Of a DNA stretch of 64,000 nucleotides, positions 14,043 to 32,405 are shown piece after piece. The DNA is from the human T2T-CHM13v2.0 reference genome, Homo sapiens: the NCBI RefSeq assembly GCF_009914755.1, contig NC_060929.1; one strand, given 5' to 3'. How positions within the stretch are numbered: position 1 is the stretch's first letter; every line of letters starts with the position of its first letter. Under the pieces are notes generated by a model, which saw nothing but the letters and a program-made list of their open reading frames with translations, was not told the DNA's origin and searched no databases. Position numbers and translations under genes: made by a program.

Positions 14043-15061
14043 ACACCCAAGTATACTAGCAGTCATTGAATTATTCACCATCAAGCACTCACACACAAAA
14101 AAAATTAAGTCACTTTCACTTAAGACTGTCCTTAATGAAACTGTAAAAAAATATTAGTTTTATTAAATCTTATCGATTGAGGACATGTCCTTTTAATAGT
14201 TCATGTGACAAAGTGGGAAGTTGCATAGATTACATTTGCAACATACCAAAGTATGAAGGTTGTTTCAAGGGCAAGCACTGTGCAGTTGTTTAGATTAAGA
14301 GAGAACTAGGCTTTTTCTTTTCTTTTTTTAAATGAGCATTTCTTTTATCTTAATGGAACTACTGTGATTATTCAAACCTGGGTATTTGACAACTATTTGC
14401 TCAAAAATAAACAAGGAAAGCCTGTCACTTCAAGGAGAATAGCTGACAATAATTGTCACTAATAATAAAATTCAAGCTTTCAAGTGAAAATCAGGATTTT
14501 AAAAAACATGTGTCCAGCACTGTGAGCTTGACAGCTTCTTAATACCGAAAGACTTTTCTGATGAGGTGCATGGAAATATTACCAAATATGATTTTTTGGT
14601 ATTGTATAATGAAACGTGTCAAGATTTGGGAGATCTGCCTAACTCAGTGAACCAATATTTTCCATATGACCAACATATGATGTTAACAAAATTATGCATG
14701 GATAAGGGATTCTTTCAAAATGCAAGATGCTATCATGGATTTTAATACAGCAACGTGTGAAAACTTCACTGACCTGGTTTCAGATTCAACGCATTGCACT
14801 AACTTTTCAGAAACTACCACTTGTCAATCATCATCATAATATCAAATAAGAAAATCCACCATTATCTGAAACTGGTATAAAAATATGCCTGCCTTTTCCA
14901 ACTGCATGTCTGTGTGAGGCTGAATTTTCTTCAGATTATTCAACCAAAAAACATATTGCAACAGATTGAAGGCAAGAGCAGAATCCAGCTGCCTTCTATT
15001 AAACCAAACATGAGAAGGATTCGCCAACATGAAAAAAAAAAAGCTACACTTTTTCACTATA

Positions 15062-15400
15062 TTTTTTAATTTATTTTTAATTGACAAATAATTTCATATA
15101 TTTATGGGGTACAATGTGATGTGTTGATATATATCATATATATCAAATATAATATATATATGGTCTACCATGTATATGGTATAATAATTAAATATAACTA
15201 ATTAACATATCTATCACCTCATATACCTAACATTTTTTGTGGTAAAAAAAATGAAGTCTCCTCTTTTAGCAGTTTTGAAATGTACAGTTTTGAATTATTA
15301 TTAACTATAGTCATCATGCTTTGCGATGATTACTAAAATATTTCTCATGCATCACTGAAATTTTGCACAGTTTGACCAGTATCTTCTCATACCCCATTTC
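15062..15400 (-). mobile_element. L1MA-type 3' end fragment
   Basis: TTTTAATTGACAAATAAT...TATATTTATGGGGTACAATGTGATG...TATTAACTATAGTCATCATGCT. Confidence 0.8.
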
Positions 15401-17339
15401 ATAAATACATGCTATCTATGTTAAGTTGAAATGGGTTTATTTTGTTATATTTAAATGAATAAGTATTTTTAAATGCCTCAGTTTTAATTTATAATATAAT
15501 AAATATTAATAAGTACTTTGGTGTTTTCAACAATTACTCAGAGTTTCAAGAAATCCTGAGATTAAAAAGTTGGAAAATTGCTGACATAGACAGTAAGAAC
15601 CCTCTGGCTAAAACAGCCAGAATAATAAATTAAGCAATGAAGGTATGGCAATATCTTTGAATTTTTAACAGATAGGGAAATAGAATTTACTTCCAGATGT
15701 TAATTGCTGTGAATGTTTGAACTTTAATCTGCATAGGAATTTTAATCATTAAACTCTAATTTCTTGCTAGGAAATTTAAAATGGAAGAGGGTTTGGATTC
15801 AAATTTCAGATATCTACATTGTTATACTGTATTATTGTACTTTGTTGTTATGTTATCATTTAATTTCATCTCTGAATCTCTGAATTAAAAACACTAGAAT
15901 GAGCTGAATTGTACAGTGTAGCTGATATTAATTTGAAATGGAAATGGAAGAAGGATTGCTTTTTCAGCCTTGGCTTTGATTTTACAGATTTCAGACTGGC
16001 CTTGGCTTTGATTTCACTAATTCACTTTTCTGGCTTATTCTAGAAACCTCTTGGAGCAAAATCTACTGCCCTGGAGATATCAGGGAGATGCCCAAAAGAC
16101 CCTGGTTGGTATTGGGAGCAGCATCAGGAGCATGAGTGGATCTCTCCTGAGAGCCAGCTGACCCTTCCTGAGTAGGGAATGGCCATCCCTCTCATGGGCT
16201 CCAGGTCCAAATACTCCTTCTCCACTCCTGGAGTTTCCCTTCCTGAAGATGGAGTGCCCTTGGCACACCCTCTGCCTTCCATCACCCCGGCATTCGCTGT
16301 GCCTCAGAACAGGCCCTGTAATAATCGGTGGTGGTTTTGGAGTAAGGAGCTGTTCTGTTGTTGCTCCTGTTCCTTCTCCCGGGAGTGCCCAGACAACATG
16401 AGTTCTCTTCTATCCCAGCTCTCCATGAGTGATTGGTGTAAAAGTCTGCCTAATTCTCAAGTTCAGAATTAGGAAGTCAACTTACTTCAGATACAAGCCA
16501 CATTCACCAAAATCATCTCATTACTAAAAGTAGTGATATACTGGCTTCCATATGTTATCTTACTTTTTGTCTTATCTCTCCGAGGATTGAAAAGCCAGGT
16601 TGGAAACCAGAAATTATTTATTGGGTTGCCTCAAATACTGTAAGAGACTGAACTTAGGTCCATTTGATTCCAGAGGCCATGCTCTTTCCACCTCATTACG
16701 CTGGTTCCACTTTGTGTTTTCCCATAGCATTAAAACCAATACCTTCACGGATAAGTATTTGTGAAATGCATGATGAATGAACACATAAATGAATGAATGA
16801 ATGAATGAATGAACAATATCCCAGCACAGAATTGTCTCCTATTGTGTGGATTAGTATTCAAAATTAGGCAGAATATTTCTCTTTCATTTCAAGTGCTGAC
16901 TAGCTTATAAAGTAAATGCTGCGATTTGTTAAAACTTAGTGTTTTTGTTTTTGTTTTTGTTTTTACATTAAGGAGGTGTATAGTCTTGAGAGGTAGGATA
17001 GCATAGTATGCTGAGACAGGATAAAAGTAACCATGATAGTTACATCACTTCACCCCAAATTCATTAACTTCACTTAAGTGAGAAACAAATCTGTGATGGA
17101 AAACTCTTAGGCATCCACAGACCATCTGAATCCTACATCTGTTTGCTGTTTGTGGCAGTGCGTGTTTATCCTTTGGCCACAATTCAAGGAAAATAAAGCT
17201 TCACCCCAGCCATTTCACAGATAATTGGCTCACTGCATGCATGTTTTTACACTAAAAATCATATTTAGTAATTACTTGCTATCTACAAAGATCTACTGAT
17301 AAGATACACAGGAAAACTCTAAAGTATAATGTATGTTTC

Positions 17340-17882
17340 CTATATGAGTTATCTATTGTTACTTAACAAATTACCCCCAAACTTAATGGTTTAACATAAC
17401 AATAACTATTTATTACCTTGCATAGTTTCTATGGAAGATAATAAATGGCTATTGTTATGTGATGTTATTTGCAGCTTACCTGGGATGGGGGAGTCTAATT
17501 TGGAATCTTTCCTGATGTTGTAGTCAAGATGGCACCTGGGGCTGCAGTCATCCAAAGGATCAACCAGGCTGGAGGATCTGCTTCCAAGATGGCTCACTCA
17601 CATAACGGTAGCAAGAGGCCTCAGTTCCTTCCACGTGGACTTCTCCATGGGGCTGCTCAAATGTCCTCATAACATATCAGCTAGCTTTCCCTAGAGTGAA
17701 TAATCCAAGACCAATGGAACCACAATGTTTTTTATGAACATTCTGGCTTTGGAAGTCACGTGGTTATTTTCACAATATCCTATTGGCTACATAGGTCATT
17801 CTATTTAATATAAGAGGGGACTACACAAAGAACGAATAACAGGGGTGGGGATCATTGGGAACTATTTGGATACTGGCTACCA
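17340..17882 (-). mobile_element. MLT1F/G-type MaLR LTR
   Basis: AACAAATTACCCCCAAACTTAATGGTTTAA...CTGCTTCCAAGATGGCTCACTCACAT...CTGGCTACCA. Confidence 0.75.
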
Positions 17883-18124
17883 GGGTTTTTATCACTTTCT
17901 CTAGTTTCATCATGAAGAAAAACTAGGCTCATGAAAAGCGAATAAGCAATTTTGTGGCCACAACACATGAGGTGTCCAATGACAAGGTCTGTCTTTTTTG
18001 TACTTGGTTGCTACATTACAGACACATTGAGAACATCCAAGGTTTGACGTTAAACTAAATTCCCAGGAATGATTAGTTCAAGAAGGTCCCATCTCAGAAA
18101 ATTGAATCTTAGAGGAAGGGTAAT

Positions 18125-18780
18125 AATTTATTCATTGAACAAAATTCATTGAGCTCTTAGTAAACACTTAGTAAATACAGACTAGCTCTGTAGACCCTTA
18201 GATAAAATGTGGAGCTCACGCTACAATGAGGAAATCAAACATGTGGATACATAATCAGAGTATAATATTGTAAGACACTGATATAGAAAGAAATGCTTCG
18301 TACATGGAAGTACTAAGGAGAGCTGCTAACTCAGCAGGACATGGGGAGTGTCAGAAAAGATTTCCTGGAAGGAGTGACACACAGTCTCAATCTCAAATGA
18401 TAACTTAGAATTCGCCAAGCATTCAGGACAGCAGAAACAGCATGAGAAAAGTTATGAAGGTGAGAGGCAGCATGGAATGTGTAAGAGAATGAAGGTAGAG
18501 TGGCGAGGAAGAAAGTAGAGATTTGCAGAACATAGCATTGGAGAAGTAGGCAGGCCCACTCAGAGAGAACCAGGAGTTGGGTCTTTCAGATTATACACTA
18601 TGGGAAATCTTTGACTTTTATTGCCAAGAAGAGTGGTATGGTCAGATGTCATTTGAGTTTTGTATAGAAAGAATTTGAGCAAAATAAGATTATAGACAGA
18701 TAGATCAATTAGAAAACATTCGCTGAAGAAACAAATGGGGTAATGAGGACCAGAACTAGGGCAATAACAATAGGCAAGGA
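18125..18780 (-). mobile_element. L2 fragment
   Basis: ATTCATTGAACAAAATTCATTGAGC...GTCAGAAAAGATTTCCTGGAAGGAGTGAC, degenerate antisense L2. Confidence 0.6.
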
Positions 18781-19379
18781 AATGAAAAGACATATTTGTT
18801 AATTAATAATGAATTCATCATCCAGAAAAAAAAAACAATGGGCAGATTTTCCAGTAGTAAGGTAAAGTACAGTAAGTAAAGTACGACAAAGAAAGAGGAA
18901 ATTATTCTGGTGGTCTGTATTCCAAGCTTGGGAGATGGGATATTTCAAAGTTTGGTCATTTTCACTATAGAAGGTCCTGTTTGCTAGCCTATCAACCTTG
19001 GGAAAATGAGCCCTGTCATGACCACCTAGACTCTCAAGGGGCCACACAATAACTAGAAGAGGAAAGAGAAACTGACTGACAGTAAAAACCAAACCACAGA
19101 ACATCTGTGGACTGCCATTGAGTTCTGACTCTTTTATTATAAATCAAGCATCGGGATTTTTCCTCTTACAACAGTGTCCCTGATTTCCCTATTTCACCTG
19201 TAGGAAAGCCAGCCTTATAAATGTACACAGGGAGACCTGGCATTCTTTCATGTAAACAGACGCCCTTACCACCTCCTGAGAGCATGGCATCTCTGCCTTC
19301 CAATTATTGTATTCTCCTATCAGAAAGTTCTATCTGATTCTTTTCCAAATCCACCTAGTAAATGTTGATCTCTTGTTTC

Positions 19380-20200
19380 TTCATTATATTTTCAATACTT
19401 TGTTTTATGAAAACATATCAAACATACTCCCTTTACATTCTGTTTCTTATCCTTTTAATGTCTACTGGCTTTGCAAGTCTACTTCTGTGCTTTGTTTTTG
19501 CTGCTGACTTTTGTTTATAATGGCTTGGTTTTGCCTAATTTTTGTAAGAAATTTTGAACCCACTCCCTCTGGGGATTTTTGTATGAGAAATTTCTGAGGC
19601 TATAGTTGAAATTGTATTCATCTAGGGAGTATTTACATTTGCTTCTGCCAACCTTCCAGAAGCACTACCAACACAAGACTACTGTAAATTAATTCTTCTA
19701 CAACCAAACAGGTAGAGGGATTTTGGTCCCCAACCTGCGATTACAGGCCTGTGATTAGAAGTGGGAAATTTTTTTCATCCAATTTATTGAAAGCCAAGAT
19801 TAAGACAGAAATATATCTCTGGTGTGTATCTCCAAGCTCTTTATCAGCAGGGCAAATTTTTTTCTATTTATCTACTTTAGGGGTGTTAGATTTACACAGG
19901 AACTCTGACTGGATGCCCCCTCTTTCCCTGTTGGGGCTCAGGCTTTGTCCCCTGTCCCTGTGTCTTTGTCCCATTAAAACCCAGAAAGCCATCTCCAGGT
20001 TTTACTAGATACCCCCAGGACAAACATTGGCTCCAGCACTGCTACGCTGCCCTTTTGGATTTGTATTTTCCTGAAGTTTCTAAAAGGATTTGGAGAAATT
20101 CCTTTACTTTCTCCTCACTCTACCTGCACTCTCCCTGTGAGAGGCTGATTTTTATGCAGGATTTTTAGGTATGCTGTACTGGAAAAGGTCTCTCTGTACA
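19380..20200 (-). mobile_element. Ancient L1M fragment
   Basis: TTTGCTTCTGCCAAC...GCACTACCAACACAAGACTACTGTAAATTAATTC resembles an old L1M 5' region. Confidence 0.45.
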
Positions 20201-21577
20201 TCTAATCTGCCACTTTGCAGGCATTGGAAGTTAGAGCTAATCTCGTATCATGCCACAAGAAAGACAGATCATTTACTTATGCCTTATGCTTGAAATTCAA
20301 TCAATAAAGACAGTTGGAATAAAGGAGTTAAGAAGGCCATGTTGTCATTTTTCCCACATGTTCTACCAAAAAGGGACCTAAAGGAGAGCCAGAAGGCCCT
20401 TAGACCAGTCAATATTTGAGTGCTACTGAGAAGCAATAAAGTGTCAAAGGATGAGACCACTTCTCAGTGTCTTAAACAAACAAACAAAGCACAACAACAA
20501 AAACCCACAAAACTGAATTTATGCCTTCCTTAAGTGAGGAAGAGTTATGCTGGATGGGCGTGATCTCTTAGAAGAAGAGTAGGTAACTGATGGGTGGAGT
20601 GGAGGGTAGTGTAACCTGTAGGAGCGTAGTTACTCAGGTGAGACTGTTGTGGATGGGTTCACTGCTAGAAGGCTATTCATTGGAGGGAGTCCATTTCCCA
20701 CTGTCTGATTTTCCAAAGCAAAAGGCTGATGCTGATTACTTGGCTTTCAGAAGCATATTTACTGAGGGGAGTTGTTGATGGATTAAATAGGTTTACAATG
20801 ACTTCTCATGCTCCATTACTTTGAAATTGTCTTATTACAAATAAACAGGTTTAAAATCCATTTTGGTGCTTACCTGTTACTATGGCTACAGAATAATTAG
20901 TCTTTCCTAGGAGTATGGAAACTTTTTTGTTGGCAAAAGAAAATGTCATCAAGAAAAATATGCAATAATTTGTAGAATTTAATCTCAACAAAATCTCTGT
21001 ATTTTTAGATAATGCTAAAATCTTCAAATTAGCATTAACCTACCACAGCCTCAATTAACCACATATGTGTATATATGTACCTATTCCTTCTATGAGAAAA
21101 AGGCAATGACAAGACAACACTGTGCCCTTAGTTGACTCAGCCTCTCACACCTTCAGTGGCAACAGCACTGTACAATTCAAATTAATACTCAGAATATTTA
21201 CCTCATTCACAGATCATAAAGTCCTCAATCACAAAATAGGATTTCAGTCATTGTTACAAAGTCCACATAGTAAAGGATGAAAGGAGACATTCATCCTAGA
21301 ACATTTTTAAACAAAGTATGAAATCAAAAATATTATGCTTAATGCTTAATGAATTAGAAAAAAAATGAACTAACCTAATTTCCTGACTATTTTGATCAAT
21401 ACTGATTACATAGAAATTAAAAATGCATTGAGATAACTAGTAAGAGATGCCAAAAGTACATATGCTGGCATTATATTTTATTCAAAATACATGACCGTGT
21501 AATGATTAAGAACACAGCCCCTGAGCTCACTGCCTGGAATCACAGGTTGGCTCTGCACGTGTCTCTGTATTCTCGTC

Positions 21578-21967
21578 TGCTATTTGGACTAAATCATGTC
21601 CCCCAAGATTTGTATGTTGAAGTCCTAACCTCCAGTACCTTAGAATGTAACTATTTGGATAAAGGGTGTTAACAAAGGTAAATTAAGTTTAAATGAGGTT
21701 TTTAGGGTGGTCCCTAGTTCAATATAACTACTGTCCTTGTATGAAGATGAGATTAGCACATAGACACACACAGATAAATGACCATGTGAGGACAAAGCAA
21801 GAAGGTGGCCAACTGCAAGCCAAGGAGAGAGGCCTCGGAAGAAATCAACTTTGCTGACACTTTGATCTTGGACTTCCAACCTCCAGAACCATGATAAAAT
21901 TAATTTCTATTGTTTAAGGCAGCCCATCTATGGCGTTTTGCTATGGCATCCTTAGCAAACAAATACA
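21578..21967 (+). mobile_element. MLT1B MaLR solo LTR
   Basis: TGTATGTTGAAGTCCTAACCTCCAGTACCTTAGAATGTAACTATTTGGA...GGACTTCCAACCTCCAGAAC...GCAAACAAATACA. Confidence 0.85.
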
Positions 21968-22011
21968 TCTGTTAAATGAGATGACATTAAATTCACATAG
22001 TAGTTGTGAGG

Positions 22012-22740
<729 letters not shown>

Positions 22741-22760
22741 CGGATCAAAATAAATTAATA

Positions 22761-23062
22761 GGCCGGGCGCGGTGGCTCACGCCTGTAATCCCAGCACTTT
22801 GGGAGGCCGAGGTGGGTGGATCACGAGGTCAGGAGATCGAGACCATCCTGGCTAACAAGGTGAAACCCCGTCTCTACTAAAAATACAAAAAATTAGCCGG
22901 GTGCGGTGGCAGGCGCCTGTAGTCCCAGCTACTCAGGAGGCTGAGGCAGGAGAATGGCGTGAACCCGGGAAGCAGAGCTTGCAGTGAGCCGAGATTGCGC
23001 CACTGCAGTCCGCAGTCCGGCCTGGGCGACAGAGCGAGACTCCGTCTCAAAAAAAAAAAAAA
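22761..23062 (+). mobile_element. AluYb8-lineage element
   Basis: 7-bp duplication GCAGTCCGCAGTCCGGCC plus CTAACAAGGTG, CCCGGGAAG and GAGATTGCGCC; many intact CpGs; has GGATCACGAGG rather than the Yb8 GGATCATGAGG. Confidence 0.93.
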
Positions 23063-23086
23063 TTAATTAATTAATTAATTAATTAA
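23063..23086. repeat. (TTAA)6 microsatellite at the Alu tail/TSD
   Basis: AATTAATTAATTAATTAATTAATTAATA; the left flank of the Alu is AAAATAAATTAATA. Confidence 0.9.
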
Positions 23087-26000
23087 TAAATGCTAAGTAA
23101 TAATAGTGACTAACATTTACTCACCACTTACTATACACCCTAGCACTAAAATCAAAGCCTGGGGCATGGCTGCTGCTCAATAATGCACTCACCAGGGATT
23201 TTTATTATTTCTTAAATTATTATTTGCCCAGTAAGAAAGGAGTGTAATTCCAATCAGAGGTTTGGATTTAATCTTAAATATTTACTATTAACAGCTTGCC
23301 TTACTTCCAAACTTGGGGAAGAATACCATCCTCCATGAGTGGCAGCCTTGTGCAGTTTTTCATCAGCACATGGATAAATTACAGCTTAAGGAGTGAAAAT
23401 AATTTATTTCACCTCATCCACTATATCAGGTAAGAGCAGGGGAATATATGCTATTTTGAGTGTCAGACTGTAATTCACTGCATTAAATGAGAATATTGGT
23501 GTTGACCCATTCTTTTTCTCTTTAGAGGTCTTAACCTAACTCTGTAGTGCTGTCAAAAGAGACTTGCCATTTCAGTGAGAGGTGGAGACAGATGGAATGA
23601 AAGCATGGTTTAGAAAGAGCCAGAAAGGTAGCAAGGAGAGCAGCACATAAATTTGCCTGGATGGGGCAGGGAAGGAAGACAAGAAGAGGAATACATTGAG
23701 CACCTGATGGTAACTTCAGAAATTTAATGTGGATTATGGTACGATGACAGATGTATGTCATGTTTGGTGGGGTGTTTTTAGCACCAATATGTAAAAACAA
23801 CTGAGAGGCAAATAGCCTTTAAGGTGATCCTAGAAAATCTGAACTATTCCTACAATAACAATGAAAGGGTCACTTGGTAAAGCGGTCTTGTAAGGAAATT
23901 CACAAGTAACTCTTCCTCTGGTTCTGTAGACAGGAAATGTGCAATGGGATTAAGAAATCCATGAAAGTCAACCTAAAACGAATGTGCTGAGCTCTGCTAC
24001 ACTCTAATCCTGAAGCAGAGACGAATTCTCATGGTACAGTCTAATTATCATGGTACAGTCTAATTACTGGGGAGAAAGGCAAGTTAGGATTTCAGAAGAC
24101 TTCAAAAGTCCAGTTTCTGTCTTTCAGGGAAATGCAGTAACTAGAAATAGACCAACAAAATATAGGCTAGTAGCAGTTCAGTTAACTTTGCTTTAATGAC
24201 TATTTAAGGATCACATATAATTAGAAAATATGAAGTGTTTATACTTAATGAATTATTTGAATTATTTTTAATTTTAGGAACTGAAACAGTTTTCATGTTG
24301 TTCCTTATCTTAGTCAAATGTTTTGTGATTAATATATGAGGATAAACTTCAGCCCAGCCTCTAGACCAATTATCATACATTCCATATTTATTGCATCAGG
24401 TAATTGAATTCTTGGGTATCCTTTGTCCCCGCTCCTAACCTCCCCTAAGAGGACTGCCCCATAAATTTACAACAAATCATCTTCCACAAATTGGACCAAT
24501 TCCTAGATTGTGAATTATTTGATGTATTCTCTTAATGTATAGTTTAGCTTAACTCAATATGTTAATTCAGTAAGTGTGTGCCAAACTTTGATGACTTTTT
24601 CCCACAAAGGCCTAAGCTCCACAAAATTAAAAGACAAAAGTAAAAACAAAAACCTTTTCTCTCCTCTAAGTTAGTTAATGTGATATTAACTTGCCCTAAA
24701 TAACATTTTCTATTATGAGGGATTTCAAGTATGTTGAGAGTCTACATTTTTTTTAATATTCTTAACTTCATCCTGTATCACAGAGTCAAGAGGAACAGGG
24801 AACCCGGAGTTTAACCTCTTAACTAAGAATATTCTGGATAGTACAGTTTGGTTTTGTATACGTACAATTACTAGCTGAGTGCTAATTGCAGATTTATGAA
24901 TAGAATGACTAACAGGACAGGGCTTCTTTGCCAAACCATTAACTGAGTTTACAGTTGTCAAAGTAACTGTCATTGTGACCTGTACATAAAACCAAAATGA
25001 TAAGGAAATCACTGAAAACAAAAATTCTTGAGCTTATAGTCACACAAAGAAAAAGTTTTATGATTTGCAGACTCCAATGATTACATTAGCTGATTCTAAC
25101 TTGAAAATTCATCAAATCCGTTATTTTACTGAATTGATTGTTAATTTGTTTTAGAAAATGAGTAAGTTAGCCCTATATGCAGGGCTTGAATTACTTTTCT
25201 CTACATTGTCATTGCGTTCCAGGATAAGTAGGCATAGGCCTAGCATTCATTAGTGGTTACAATTTCTATTTGCATGCTCCCTGATCCATCTCTGACAATC
25301 CCATGTAAACCGCATTTAATCAATGAAGATTCATTATGTTGTAATCAGTAGTAATGTCATAAACTGCTATGAGACACTGCAACCAGCAATCTCAGGGTAG
25401 GAATGAAAGATGAAAATAGGGAGTAAAGGTGTCAGTTTCCAGACGGTGAGAGAGGCCTCCCTATTGTCTCTGCTCCATGACGGAAATTGTTATTACCCAG
25501 ATGGATATTAATGAACAGCAGGAAAGTTGACTTGCATCACTACAATTAATGCATATGGTGACTTCAAGTGTTAATTTGTTATCAATGTAACTGCATGAAA
25601 GTTATCAACATAATTTTCTCTGACAAGTGATTCAGTCTAGGGGAAAAACTATGAAGCTTCTGTGGTTAGTTATCAGGCATCTGTAAACTGTTTTTTCCTT
25701 CTCCCACCCAATCTGCAGGTATTCCAGGCTGGCTTGAAAACACTAATGATATGCAAAGGCAAGGATGTGATTTACTGAGACACACCCTCTTGTATAAACA
25801 CGGCAAGGTTCATTATCACTTCCAGAAAGTGTCTTTAATAGGGGTGACAACTAATGTTATAAATAGTGTTTTCTAAAGATCCAGAAACAAAATGAGCTGG
25901 GCTTGGGATTTGAAAACACACTGCAGACAGACCAGGGCGAATTAGCATGCACTGCGGAATTATCTCACCTTCCTAATGACGCTAACATTTATTTTTACTT

Positions 26001-27066
26001 AATCGCAGAAAATGACAATGGGGCAAGGAAGACAATAAGTATAAAGAATGGAATTTGCCAGAGAGAGAGAATCCAACATCCTGACCAATTTCAGCATCTC
26101 TTGGGAGACCTTTCTGTCAGCACTTAAAGGAAGGAAAAACAGAGGCACCATCTTTCCTCTGTGCTTTTGTCGATTTCTTTGCTTGCTGTTTGGGCCTCAG
26201 ACTAACCCATGAGTCATTCTGCATAAAGGAGGATGAGGGTGGGAGGAGCGGAAATGGAAGCAGTTATCTCTTATCTATTTGCAAGGGCTTTATTTGAAAA
26301 AGGCTAAATATAATTGAAGCTAATATTATTAGCGTGCATCAACTCTCAGATTTTTTTAAAGATCCATTTGTTTGATACATTCATTTTCATAAAAGCTCTT
26401 GCATGAGTTTGATGCTTTTAACTTTCACTCTATTAACTGAAAGTGGTCAGGAAGGAAATGAATATTCCAGAGCAGCAATGGGTTCTTGTTTAAAGATTTC
26501 TCCCAAATCTCTGAGATATACCACTAGTCCCATTGTTGTTTAGGCGGTGGGGGGCTGTAACTCCAGCTAAATAGGACCGAATGCTTTATCTTTAGAATGA
26601 TGCCCCTCCCCTAAATGCCCTATATTCAGAAACGCTGAAGTAATGGCTTGACCATTTTTAACGTTTTTATTGCCAATCTACTAATGGTTAAGCGTTTGTC
26701 TTAATATTTCTGGAAACTTCTTTACTTGAAGACAGCAGGTTGCATGTCCCACCAGCAGAGCAACTGGGTTTCTTGCAAACAAATGTGTTCTGCCAATTTT
26801 AGTTTTTGAACAGAGTAGAAAAGAGAGGAAGATGACCATCTATTCAAGGAAGAGGGAGAGGAAAGGATTTTAAGTGTTGAGGATGTGTTCTTAAACCAAG
26901 CACCAAGGGCACAGAAGCAACATGATTTTGAGGTCAAATGACCTTAAGCTATTTACAACTGCTGCTTTTTTGAGGCAAGGAGATCTTTAAGGATAAAATT
27001 ATGCCCTCTAAGTTTCTTGTTAACTCACCCCTTCTTTGGAAACAGACAAGTAAAAACAAGATAATG

Positions 27067-27368
<302 letters not shown>

Positions 27369-27679
27369 AGGTGATGGAAATCTAAAGTCCATGAGCCTGG
27401 TAGAACATAAACATATTTTCCAAATAGCCAGAAAAGCTTCAATATTCGTAACCCTTTTTAATATCAGAATTGCATCACCAATAGACTAGTGATACAAGGG
27501 CATGTGACCTAACCTATAATTTAATACCAGTTTAGTCACTGGGCCACTTGTACATGAGAAGCAAGCATCTCTTTCCTGATTCAGCAACATAACTTCCAAA
27601 ACATCTTGAACATTTGAATTACATGAGTCCAAATATGAGCAGTGCTATTGGCAGTGAGTGCAATGTTAACAAAGCAACT

Positions 27680-27972
27680 GGCCGGGCAGGGTGGCTCACA
27701 CCTGTAATCCCAGCACTTTGGGAGGTCAGGAGATCAAGACCATCCTGGCTAACACGGTGAAACTCCGTCTCTACCAAAAATACAAAAAATTAGCCGGGCA
27801 TGGTGGCAGGTGCCTGTAGTGCCAGCTACTCAGGAGGCTGAGGCAGGAGAATGGCGTGAACCCGGGAGGCGGAGCTTGCAGTGAGCCCAGATCACACCAC
27901 TGCACTCCAGCCTGGGCGACAGAGTCGGACTCCACCTCAAAAAACAAAAAACAATAAACAATAAACAGAAAA
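27680..27972 (+). mobile_element. AluY with ~22-bp internal deletion in the left arm
   Basis: GGGAGG^TCAGGAGATC; AluY right arm; TSD AACAAAGCAAC (27668 and 27973). Confidence 0.93.
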
Positions 27973-28562
27973 AACAAAGCAACAACGTGCAGGCACTCCT
28001 CAGAGATACTGTAGGTGCAGTTCCAGACCACCACAGTAAAGTGAATATCTCAATAAAGCAAGTGGCACAAAGTTTTTGGTTTTCTGGAGCATATAAAATT
28101 GTATTTACTACTGTACTGTAATCTATTAGGTGGGCAATCTTATTATGTTTAAAAAAAATGTACATACCTGAAGTAAAAAATACTTGCTAAAAATGCCAGT
28201 GATCATGAGAGCCTTTAGCAAGTCCTAACCTTTGCTGGTGGAGGGTCTTGCCTCAATGTTGTTGGCTGCTGATTGATGAGGGTGTTGGTTGCTGAAAGTT
28301 GGGGTGGCTGTGGAAATTTCTTAAAGACAAAATAAGATTTCTTTTTTTCTCTCTTTTTATTATACTTTAAGTTCTAGGGTACATGTGCACAACGTGTAGA
28401 TTTGTTACATAGGTATACATGTGCTATGTTGGTTTGTTGCACCCATCAACTCGTTACTTACATTAGGTATTTCTCCTAACGCTAACCCTTCCCCCAGCCC
28501 CCCACCCCCAACAGGCCCCAGTGTGTGACCTTCCCTGCCATGTGTCCAAGTGTTTTCATTGT

Positions 28563-32342
<3,780 letters not shown>

Positions 32343-32405
32343 TATGGTGTTATCTGGTTATTTTGCCCATTAATTGATGTAATTTCTTCATAGCTTTGAT
32401 GGTCT

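Larger units (their letters stand above)
13341..15583. mobile_element. Charlie1a hAT DNA transposon remnant, interrupted by MER31 and an L1MA fragment
   Basis: TTGACATTTGCACTGGTGGCACAAAAGC, resumes at ~14043 with TACTAGCAGTCATTG, ends CCTGAGATTAAAAAGTTGGAAAATTGCTG; degenerate 8-bp hAT TSD CCCTAGAC / ACATAGAC. Confidence 0.8.

Noticed and set aside
16080-16472. GC-richer block with overlapping ORFs, possible exon or processed pseudogene
   Set aside because: No recognisable protein in any frame, and no poly(A)/TSD or convincing splice-site pair
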